Part shown: positions 12,002 to 22,776 of the stretch, one piece after another
How the letters are laid out: each line of letters starts with the position of its first letter
Position numbering within the stretch: the first letter of the stretch is position 1
Assembly (NCBI GenBank): GCA_030248215.1
Contig: JASANG010000424.1
Span: forward strand, 248,001 to 312,000
Length of the DNA: 64,000 nt
Direction of reading: 5' to 3'
DNA from: Enoplolaimus lenunculus
Taxonomy: Eukaryota
Position numbers and translations under genes: made by a program
Notes under the pieces: generated by a model
Seen by the model: the letters and a program-made list of their open reading frames with translations, nothing else
Databases searched by the model: none
What the model was told of the DNA's origin: nothing

Positions 12002-14380
12002 CTATTGTCCCCAGCAATCTGCTTTGACGATTTCCCAGTACGAATAGTCGTCGGCTTGTTTGCTCAGTATCGCAACGACGTCGTGTCCGTCAAACTCCGA
12101 GAACCGCTTCAAATAATGTCCGTTGTCTGCGGTTAATGTGATCAAATTTTTGCCTTTGTACTCAAGCTGAAATATATTTTGGTTTCATATCTGTTACAAA
12201 CGTGGCATACAAAATCAAGAGTGTAAAAGGAATTATGAAAATAGGGATGAAATTTCAAAAACTGATTTGTTTTATTACACTAATTTAATCGACTGGTTCT
12301 AGCACACTACCCCCAGATTACAAGTTTTAAGGCTTAGCCTTAATTCAACGGATAGTTGAAATACCGGATACATATGAGTAACGAACGTTGACGAAGGGTG
12401 GGTTGAAAATAAATAACAGTCCGTACCCGAATAACAGGGGGGTACCGTCTTGAGAGGCCAAATAAATATTAGTCCCCCCTGTACCACAACCATGACGTCC
12501 CCCATAAAAATTCAAAATATGGACGTATAGCACTAAGCTTTTAATTAGTTTCTTTACTACGAAAATCAACAACGGGTCCCACAATTTGACGCTAGGGAGA
12601 CCGTGGCACACTTGGGCCAATAGAACAGGGGCGGAACACTATATAAGCATATTCCTAAGCCTAAACCTAAGCCTAAGCCTAAGCACAAGAATGAGCATAT
12701 TTCTAAACCTAAGCCTAAGCCTAAGCCTAAACCTAAGCACAAGAACGAGCATATTCCTAAGCCTAAGCCAAGCAAAAATAAATAAGCCTAAAGCTTATGC
12801 TTACTCTATTCTAGTACCACCGGAAAATTCTCAGCCCCTGATCTTTACATGGGTCCACACTTGGCCCGTCACCGGATATCAGGATATATATTTCGTTGCG
12901 GATGCATGTCCAGATAATTTTTGATCCGTATCTCCGGTGCCCATCTGAAGTGCATAGGGTTAGGATTAGGTTTAGCCTAAAGTCAGAGCTTAAACACTAA
13001 ATGTAAGCAAACGTCTACACAAGCTGTCGTCACATTTGTAAACAAACTTGAAAATAACAACATTGGTCGAGCGAATCGTTGTCAATGGTCACAACGTGTT
13101 TCCCATCAAATCCGTCAAACCGTTTTAAGTATTTGCCGTCGTTGGCTTGCAACGTAATCAAATTGTCTTTGTAAATATCGACCTGTAAAAATTGCAAAAT
13201 GTCCCTTCGTTTTAAATGTAAATTAGTCAACGTGGTTGTAATATTTGCAACCGACACTAAACATACTTTGTGCAAAAATGCCGGAGCGCAGCTTAAAATA
13301 ATTTCATCGAACAATAAATATCAATACGATATAATAGATAAAACTACATATTAACAAAATTTATTAATACATTTAATTTTCATGTCTACGTAGGAACCGG
13401 GACATCAGACCTTTTTACTAAGAAACTGTCGAACTACGGATCCTTAATGAACACTCTATCACTGCGCCACGTGGCCCGCCTGTCCAACTGCATTTTTCGT
13501 CGACTATGTGTCGACCGTATGCTGCCAGCTAGCATACATACAGTGCACTGTACTATATTGAATATGCACATAACGGACAAGCATGTCTCACATGCTTACA
13601 GTGATTACAAAGTTCAGCTGGAATGTTGTCCAAAGTTTGTATGTGGGATGTTCTAGCTTTAATAATATAGATAGATATCGTCATTGCACACTGTTGCGCG
13701 TATAAGTTACTACGAGTTCAGGGCGTTTTACCGGATGTCTATTCTGGACCCAGCAGAAAATTGATCCCAAGCTTAGATAGATTTATATTTTTCAGAAGCC
13801 CCTACAATTTTGATTTTGATTTTTTCAGTTTTGTATGAAACTTACCTGGGTTTCTGTGAGCTTTGTCTGTATACTTTGGGCTTACATTTTAATGTTTTGC
13901 CTTTCCTGTATTGGTAAATTATGCATATGGTCTACCAATAAAGAATAACCTCGTGGCGCGAAACAGAATTCAGTTTGGAAATAAAGATTTTGAACAATTT
14001 TCAATTTTGAGTTTAAATTCAAAAATTATTGCATGCGTACTTGTAAGGAATGAATTGCAATAAACACAAACTAAAACAGCAAAGTTTGATTCCCAGCTTG
14101 GCCATATATTTCGGAAAAATTAAGCAGAAAAACCATGTATATTCGCAGTACTTGTGAGAAATGGGTCGTCTGAAACCGTACAGTTCTGACATACCTTAAA
14201 TTTTGACACATCCTCCGGAAATACATTATCGAGTGTGATACACTGGTGATGGTGAATGGTTTGGTACCGTTTCATGTATCGGCCATTATCATGGGCAACC
14301 AAATACACGTAGTCCCCGGAATTTATCGTGGTACTATCGTGGTGTGCATGAAACAAGCCGTATCCGGTTTGCAATGACAT
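12002..14380 (-). CDS. Fascin-like beta-trefoil (lectin/actin-crosslinking-like fold) protein, 161 aa, coding exons 14380-14195, 13182-13048, 12166-12002
   Basis: Three phase-0 exons with GT-AG ends each encode one repeat: VYLVAHDNGRYMKRY...SKFK / ITLQANDGKYLKRFDGFDG...CYFQ / ITLTADNGHYLKRFSEFDG...SYWE. Exon 3 is missing from the ORF track and was translated by hand. An in-frame TAG lies just upstream of the ATG. The fold call is from motif recognition (LxAxNGxYL), not a search. Confidence 0.8.
12615..12855. mobile_element. MITE family B (GG termini, 8-bp TSD, internal TTAGGC-like array; Merlin- or hAT-like)
   Basis: TIR GGCC(C/A)ATGTAAAGA; perfect TSD cacacttg. Confidence 0.85.
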
Positions 14381-16086
14381 ATTTAACTATTTCCAATGTG
14401 ACTAAACGTATCTAAATATAATGAATATCAGCACTTCCTCGCATTGAGTATACGTTTGTGGCCATCCCGTTGTCTGATGGGACTGTAAAAAAGAGGATTA
14501 CATATTTGGCTATTTTTCTTTGCTTAGATTAACACTCTCGCTCATATAGTATACTATGAGCAACTAAATACAATAATATACGAGTAATGTAGACACTGTG
14601 AACAGTGTTTAACAATTCTAACATATACAAGGCTCGAGCGTCAAGCTCCTATAACTCTGTGGTCATCGTTAGCGTCTCCGGAACGTGAGACCGAGGCGCG
14701 AATGTTACCTTGAAGTTATGTCTCATTTGAAATTGAAAATATTCAAGTTTATAATTATGCTTATTCTACAGCAGCGGTTTTAAAAGTAACATTGACCGAG
14801 TGTGAGTATACTGCGAGGAATTTTAGTGCAAACAAAGTGTATACACACGCGAAATATGAAATACACACCGTGTCCGCCCGCGTAGCACATATAAGCTTGA
14901 GCGTTGATTCGAGCGGTAATCGTAAACACTTTTCATTCGAGAGCATCGGGAAACGAATCCTAGCTTGAAATTGGATCTCAGACGAAATAGAAAACATTCA
15001 TGTGAAAAATAGTTTTAAACGAGCTGATTTCAGCTGTTTTTTTACTTTACTAAATTTTATAGCGTGGACACAAGATAGACGTAAAATTTGTTGACATATT
15101 CCATTATGAATAAATATTCAAAGATTCGGCTATGTATTAAAGATCAGGGACAGAAACTTTTTCTGTGGAACTGCATTACAGTAAGCTTAAGCTTTAGTCG
15201 ATTTTTTGACGTCGGCTAAGGATAACATGCTTAGGTATAAGCTCATTCTTACGTTTAGACTTAGGGTTAAGCTTAGGGTTAAAGTTTTGAACACTTAGCA
15301 TGGACCCAGCAAACCAATCGAAAAGAGAACAGGGCCGCAACTGCGGATATTTGCGGACAGAATCGCTTATATCCGGTCAGTAAAACGTTCGGCACTGTTA
15401 AAAGTATTCTATGTTAGCAAAATATGTTTTGCTTGCAACACAAAATATTTTATTTCTCTATTAATTTTTCATTGCTGGACAGTCCAACAAATGGACATTA
15501 AGGGCATGTGAATGTAACCGTTTTCGAAACTTGGTATCCGTTTACTCTGTGGGGTAGATTTTTTTGAAAATTAAAAATTCAGCTCAGAGATAAATATTTC
15601 ATAATTAAAATCAGTTGAAGGCCAAATTATCAGTTTTTAAAGTAGTATAAACAGTGTAAGTAATAGCGTACTTAAATTGAAAAAGTTAACTGTTGTTGTC
15701 TGTTACACGGTAAATTTCAGTGAATTGATTTTAACTGAGCCTGAGTTGAATCACTCAGTCTGAGTTAGGACTATCAGAACTCAGAATTTTGAGTTGATTC
15801 AAATCATTCTGAGTTAATTAGCCGAGTTAGGACTATCATAACTCATAATTTTGAGTTGATTCAAATCATTCTGGGTTAATTAGCCAACTCACCCAGAGTC
15901 AACTTATCTCAGAGTGAGAATCAACTCAACTGAGAGTGAGTTAATGTTAGCTGATATTAATTCAGAAATAAATAACTCGCTAGCTGAATTGATTAATCAA
16001 CTCATTGGAATGTACAATGTATATATAGAACAAATATCGACTTCCAGGACTAAACTGTAAGCGATTACCTAAAAGTACCGTTCGAC
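13936..16086. repeat. Direct segmental repeat X, copy 1 (about 2.15 kb)
   Basis: Runs from caataaagaataacctcgtggcg to aaagtaccgttcgac and is near-identical to 19737-21825. Confidence 0.95.
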
Positions 16087-19000
16087 AAGAGGAAATATAG
16101 GTGGGGAACACTGGCCCGGCACGTGCTTGGCCCAGCCAGTATTCCCCGCATTAACTAAAAGAAGAAAGAAAAACAAAATAAAAAGTTTCATTTCATTTTG
16201 AGTATCGCAAGATGTACACAAATGCTGCACTTTTGCCTGATATACACACTTCCAGATTCTGATATACAGTTTAATAGGTAAGCATAACAACCGCATTTCT
16301 CCGTAATATTCACGTTTAAATGTCCTTTTCACTTTGACATTAGATTATGTGTGAAAAGGAGAATGCTAGGTCGGGCTCATGCCCCCACCACCCCAACCTC
16401 CCCCCTCACGTCAGCTGAAAACACACAATAGTTATTACATAAACCACACACCCTACCTTTTCCTCTCTTTTTTCCCCCTGTGAAAAGGAGAATGCTAGGT
16501 CGGGCTCATGCCGAGTCCCACCCCACATCCCCCCCTTTTACAAAACCACAAATAGAAACATAAACCTTACACCCTACTTTCTTCCTAATTAAAACCAACT
16601 TATACAACCATTATCCTACTGCTACTTCGAATCCGTAAGTACAACACAATCTTAAATTCGCCACCTAAAATTTTCAACCGATTCCTTCCATAGGCTGGTA
16701 AAGAACCTTACTCTAAATTACTCAAACAACAAATCCAATTTACTTACACCGGTTTTGGACTAGATTCCTCCGACGCCTGATCCCCTTCTTCCGCCCCTGG
16801 AATGTCCTGATACGTTGGCGGCTTCTTTTGTTGTTCTATGTCACGTTGCCGTTTAGCCGCCGCTTCTTTCCAGAAGATTGCCTCGTCTTTCGACATTGGT
16901 GTTTCCTTCTGCGGCTTACTGGCCTCCGGGTGTTTTGATGCGACCCGGGCATGCTTGCCAAGTCGCTGCGGATGTCGAGATACGCCTCTCTTGCGTTTCT
17001 CGCGTTTTTCAGCCTGGCGTTGCTGAAACCCAAAAACAATCTCATAAAGTAAAATCCACTTAACTTACGCGTTTCGGACTTGATGTTAAAATAGGGGTAG
17101 AATTCCCCAAGTTAGTATCAAAAGCAGCTAAAATTCTATTATAAGCTTTAAGCAACATTTACTACCTATCGACATTCTTTACCTTACGCATATCCATTTC
17201 CGACACACCGCGAGTCCGAGATAGAACATGAACAGACGGAGTAGCCCCCATATAAGGTAAGTTACCCTGGATCGAAAGTCCTTGCCACCCATCCTTGGCG
17301 GGTACTCCTTATGGTTTGATCGAGGTTGGCTACTAGGTCTAGTTACGCTACTCCGCCCGATCGCGTCCGGGATGGGTTTCCCATCTCGGGCTCGCAGTGT
17401 ATACACCGTCTGAACGCAAACACTTATCGCTACCGGATCGTTGAGAAAAATGTCGCATAGAATTCTGCTTGGTAAAAATTCCTCGCCGGCTGCAAGCCGG
17501 CGAACGCCGTTGAAACACAGATTATCCCGAAAAAGATTTGGGGCTAGGAGACTCTTATCCTCGCGCATTCCTGCCCCCAGGTAAAATTTCTGACCACCGT
17601 GGCAAAATTGCATTGACCATCCAGTGGGCAGGAAAAATTCGGAGTGCGGGGAAAAATAAATTCTTGGTAAAAAGGATTTGGTCAAAAAGGAAAAAGAAAA
17701 ATGGGGACCCGCACCGCCCAGTTCTAGGGCTGTAGAAATTTTTACTATACGCAATAATCATTCAATACTCAGCGCTCAAAAATCACCCGGGAAAAAGAAA
17801 AAGGAAAAAGGAAAAAGAAAAATATTCACCTCCGGTCCGGACACGATAACAAATTCCGACCCGGACTTGCTCGTTAGCTACTCGCGCAAGCCTGAGTCCG
17901 AAATAACAAAAATATTCCCGTCCTGCGGGAATCCAACGAAAACAATAGCGCTATAATTTGATAAAAACAACAATCTCAAGGTCAGTACTGAAACAGAATT
18001 TCCAAACAACCCAGAAATCATAGGGGCTAGCATCCCTTATCAAATCGGACACCTATAGTTTATTGCAAAGTCAGAACTCACTAACACTTTATACGTTATC
18101 CGTTACATATTCATATCAAGCATACATGAAAAACTTAGCAAAACTTAGCACCTCGTTTTCGCCTACAAATTTAACCCCAAACATGGCTCATTACCTTTTC
18201 CGCTTCTTGCCGTAGCGTGGTTTCCCAGGCTGCTACTTCGTCCCGAGCCGGGGGACTTGCCGCCCACCGGTCCCCTTCCGGTGTTGCCGGACGAAACTCT
18301 TCCGCGAGCGGATTCAACCGAGCTAACGTTCTAGGTGATACGGGAATTGTTTCCGACGTTGAAGACGCCGACTTCGTCGGTGGAGGAGTTCGCGGCGGAC
18401 TACCCCGGGTACTTTGGTCCATGTTTGAGCAGGATTCGTAGATCTTTGCTTTCGTTATAAAAATTTGAATGGTATCAAGGTTTTGTTGTCGCTAGCGAAT
18501 AAATTGCATCAGCCAAATGAGCACCGCTTTTAGATATGCATTAGACTAGTTTATATTTAGATTGACCTGAATGCAATTGGGTTAAAACCACGGTTGAGTC
18601 GAGCTAGACTCAACCGGAGTCTAACCCAACTCGAAATCGCGTCTGCAAATAGTTTTCCGCCTAGATGTACTCATCAAGAAATTTCAATTGGAAAGACGCG
18701 TACAGCCACCCGTACCGGAGTAGCCCGTACGGCGCTTGTACCGGCCACCCCGGTACGAGCGCTAGTTTTCACCAAAAAGAAAACACCAACCGCAAATTCA
18801 TCCGAAACCAAATCAACTTTCAAACCCAACAGCCAACCAAAACTAGGTTATTTGGTGAAAATTAAACATTCCGTTATCAGAATTTTCGAGTTCAAAAGCA
18901 AAAACCATATTACAAAAGCATAGCAGATAGAACGTTGTTGCATAACTCAACGCCATTGGTCAGAAAAACTGAAGCCAGCGAACTCAACACAACCAAAAAA

Positions 19001-19736
19001 AAACCCCTAGCTAGCTAACTTTATTCAACATAAATATAAATTTTCGTACTTTCAACCTGCACATCCAAAAATTTCGACGAAAACCACGTAAAATCCTGCA
19101 AAACTAGTTAAATAAAATCGCAACTACTCAAATTTATCCTGCTTTCGGCTCTTCAAAGAACTAGAAATCCGCCAAAACACCTTTGACCGCCAAATTTGAA
19201 CTCAATATTTCAAATATTTGCAAAACAAATTCTAAGTGAGTTCAAACAACAAAGCACAACCGCCCATGAGTTCACAAAACAATATTAACGTGAACTCAAT
19301 AACGTATAACATCTTACAGGTAAGTTTCAAAAATATAAACAACACACAGCACATACTTTACCCCAAAATTCGAAATTTCAAAAATTCCAGTTTCGATATA
19401 ACTCGTAAGAGACTACACAAGCCGGCAAAAGACAGAAAAGACCGCCCCGGGCTCAAAAACACTCAAATCAAGTTCAACTCAACCTTTTCCGCTAGTTTCA
19501 CTCACCTGCGCTCTCCCTTCAGACCTCTAGATCTTCAATTTGAAACCACCAAATCTCACGCCTACGGAGTACTACACCCAGGGGTCACACACTTGGATCC
19601 CCCAGGTGAATACCCCGCTACGGCTCCAAAAACATTTCCACCGGTGGTTTTCCAACCCGACACGCTCAAATTTCGTGTCTCTCGGGTTTCCCCAGAAAAT
19701 TTCAACTCAGCGGAGTCACGGATCCAGTGGTAGCAA
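16087..19736 (+). mobile_element. 3.65-kb insert between the X repeats; candidate giant LTR with flanking PPT and PBS
   Basis: Left end has a purine tract aagaggaaatataggtggggaa (16087-16108) followed by cac-TG (16112). Right end has CA (19725-19726), g, then TGGTAGCA (19728-19735), complementary to the 3' end of eukaryotic tRNA-iMet. A 6-bp inverted repeat CACTGG/CCAGTG marks the ends. It contains none of the local MITEs. No gag or pol is visible. Confidence 0.45.
16744..18422 (-). CDS. Hypothetical 168-aa PAM2-motif, charged-helix protein; exons 18422-18195 and 17022-16744
   Basis: Donor aag|gtaatg and acceptor tttcag|caa are both phase 0. The join reads WETTLRQEAEK-QRQAEKREKRKRG, and exon 2 stays open for 92 codons to TAA. 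Both exons are GC-richer than their flanks. RLNPLAEEFRP (18320-18288) fits the PAM2 consensus LNxxAxEFxP. Confidence 0.6.
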
Positions 19737-21825
19737 CAATAAAGAATAACCTCGTGGCGAAAAACAGAATTCAGTTTGGAAATATAGATTTTGAACAATT
19801 TTCAATTTTGAGTTTAAATTGAAAATTATTGCATGCGTAGTTGTAAGGAATGCATAGCAATAAACACAAACTAAAACAGCAAAGTTTGATTCCCAGCTTG
19901 GCCATATATTTCGGAAAAATTAAGCAGAAAAACCATGTATATTCGCAGTACTTGTGAGAAATGGGTCGTCTGAAACCGTACAGTTCTGACATACCTTAAA
20001 TTTTGACACATCCTCCGGAAATACATTATCGAGTGTGATACACTGGTGATGGTGAATGGTTTGGTACCGTTTCATGTATCGGCCATTATCATGGGCAACC
20101 AAATACACGTAGTCCCCGGAATTTATCGTGGTACTATCGTGGTGTGCATGAAACAAGCCGTATCCGGTTTGCAATGACATATTTAACTATTTCCAATGTG
20201 ACTAAACGTATCTAAATATAATGAATATCAGCACTTCCTCGCATTGAGTATACGTTTGTGGCCATCCCGTTGTCTGATGGGACTGTAAAAAAGAGGATTA
20301 CATATTTGGCTATTTTTCTTTGCTTAGATTAACACTCTCGCTCATATAGTATACTATGAGCAACTAAATACAATAATATACGAGTAATGTAGACACTGTG
20401 AACAGTGTTTAACAATTCTAACATATACAAGGCTCGAGCGTCAAGCTCCTATAACTCTGTGGTCATCGTTAGCGTCTCCCGAACGTGAGACCGAGGCGCG
20501 AATGTTACCTTGAAGTTATGTCTCATTTGAAATTGAAAATATTCAAGTTTATAATTATGCTTATTCTACAGCAGCGGTTTTAAAAGTAACATTGACCGAG
20601 TGTGAGTATACTGCGAGGAATTTTAGTGCAAACAGCGTTGATTCGAGCGGTAATCGTAAACACTTTTCATTCGAGAGCATCGGGAAACGAATCCTAGCTT
20701 GAAATTGGATCTCAGACGAAATAGAAAACATTCATGTGAAAAATAGTTTTAAACGAGCTGATTTCAGCTGTTTTTTTACTTTACTAAATTTTATAGCGTG
20801 GACACAAGATAGACGTAAAATTTGTTGACATATTCCATTATGAATAAATATTCAAAGATTCGGCTATGTATTAAAGATCAGGAACAGAAACTTTTTCTGT
20901 GGAACTGCATTACAGTAAGCTTAAGCTTTAGTCGATTTTTTGACGTCGGCTAAGGATAACAGGCTTAGGTATAAGCGCATTCTTACGTTTAGACTTAGGG
21001 TTAAACTTAGGGTTAAAGTTTTGAACACTTAGCATGGACCCAGCAAACCAATCGAAAAGAGAACAGGGCCGCAACTGCGGATATTTGCGGACAGAATCGC
21101 TTATATCCGGTCAGTAAAACGTTCGGCACTGTTAAAAGTTTTCTATGTTAGCAAAATATGTTTTGCTTGCAACACAAAATATTTTATTTCTCTATTAATT
21201 TTTCATTGCTGGACAGTCCAACAAATGGACATTAAGGGCATGTGAATGTAACCGTTTTCGAAACTTGGTATCCGTTTACTCTGTGGGGTAGATTTTTTTG
21301 AAAATTAAAAATTCAGCTCAGAGATAAATATTTCATAATTAAAATCAGTTGAAGGCCAAATTATCAGTTTTTAAAGTAATATAAACAGTCTAAGTATATA
21401 TAGCGTACTTAAATTGAAAAAGTTAACTGTTGTTGTCTGTTACACGTTAAATTTCAGTGAGTTGATTTTAACTCAGCCTGAGTTGAATCACTCAGTCTGA
21501 GTGAGGACGATCAGAACTCAGAATTTTGAGTTGATTCAAATCATTGATGGTAAATTAGCCGAGTTAGGACTATCATAACTCATAATTTTGAGTTGATTCA
21601 AATCATTCTGGGATAATTAGCCAACTCACCCAGAGTCAACTTATCTCAGAGTGAGAGAATCTACTCAACTGAGAGTGAGTTAATGTTTATTGATATTAAT
21701 TCAGAAATAACCAACTCGCTATCTGAATTGATTAATCAACTCATTGGAATTTACAGTGTATATATAGAACAAATATCGACTTCTAGAACTAAACTGTAAG
21801 CGATTACCTAAAAGTACCGTTCGAC
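19737..21825. repeat. Direct segmental repeat X, copy 2 (lacks 66 bp equivalent to 14835-14900)
   Basis: Same start and end sequences as copy 1, with scattered substitutions and small indels. Confidence 0.95.
19995..20180 (-). other. Duplicated first coding exon of the beta-trefoil gene (orphan copy or alternative first exon)
   Basis: Identical translation to 14195-14380 (offset 5800) with intact ATG and aag|gtatgt donor. It has no second copy of exons 2-3. Confidence 0.85.
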
Positions 21826-22776
21826 GAGTCTGTTCCAGTCGGTCAATTAGGCGAATTGGTTTAAAAAAATTAACCAAAAATTTGCCCGAATTTAAAATCA
21901 GGCCTAAAACAGATGACGAAGCAGTATTTGTATTACGTTGTGCAACTTTTATTACATTTGTAGTCACTGAATGCTTGGCTAATCCGCTTTATAGCCTGAT
22001 ATTGCGACAACAAAAGCGTAGACTGGATATCATGCCGGGAGAGTATAACTTTAAGTAAAAGCTTTCTTCCAAGCAATCGTCGTGGACAAGAAATGTTTTC
22101 GGCTTCTGTAACTAAAATTTGAAACGTTATTCTAAAAGCCCAATGTGATAATTTCAAAAAGGTTCCTAAGAAATACTTCTATTTCCCTGTTGTTTGACGA
22201 CCCTGTGGGACAACAAGTATACGTACATTAAACACACAATAGAAGTATTTGGTTTTTGTGTTTCATAGCACAGTCACCAAGTTTAGATATTAATTTTACA
22301 AAGTTTCCAATTTAACAATAAAATAATCGTAATATCGGTTTTAGGATTTAAAAATTTTCGCTGAATTGAACAACAGAAAAAAATCCCCTTTTGTTGCAAC
22401 TAAAAATTGCTCACTAATCTTGTCTTGATCCTTAGCTCAAAGCAGGAAACATTTACAACAATATGTTTGAGTCAATTGGAAGCATTGTTGCACCAGGAAT
22501 ATACACTAAACCGATCAGGGGTCGTATTTTACTAGAAATTTCTAGAAAAAGTACTCATATAATTTGTGAATTTATATTCAGAAAAGTATTTTCAGCGACA
22601 AAATCGAAACGTTTTTTCTGACATTTATAACACAAAGTTTTTTAAAAATAACAAAAAAACGTTTATTTCTATATTGGTAATCATATTTCTGAAATGTACG
22701 GAATATTTTCTTAAATATCAGAAATATTATTTCTTATTAAGCCATGATATTAAACCTAATACGATTCGATACCAAT

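Noticed and set aside
12655..12770. True telomere or chromosome end
   Set aside because: The arrays are short, degenerate and enclosed by MITE TIRs.
12566..12924. LGLGLG / LSLSLS / KPKPKP ORFs here and at 24019-24714
   Set aside because: Translations of the TTAGGC arrays in family-B MITEs.
16087..16147. Helitron 3' end
   Set aside because: A hairpin is present, but there is no CTRR terminus at the boundary and no 5' TC at the other end.
17179..17754. 191-aa minus-strand ORF inside the PAM2 gene intron
   Set aside because: No recognisable motif and a T-rich low-complexity start. It could be an alternative exon, but I cannot support that.
16109..19729. Insert as a CACTA/EnSpm DNA transposon (CACTGG...CCAGTG)
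   Set aside because: The inverted match is only 6 bp, with no subterminal repeats or short TSD, and foreign sequence extends beyond it on both sides.
16087..19736. Hammerhead or HDV-like ribozyme in the insert
   Set aside because: I could not find a CUGANGA...GAAA core with proper stems or an HDV-type nested pseudoknot by eye. An Infernal scan is still worthwhile.
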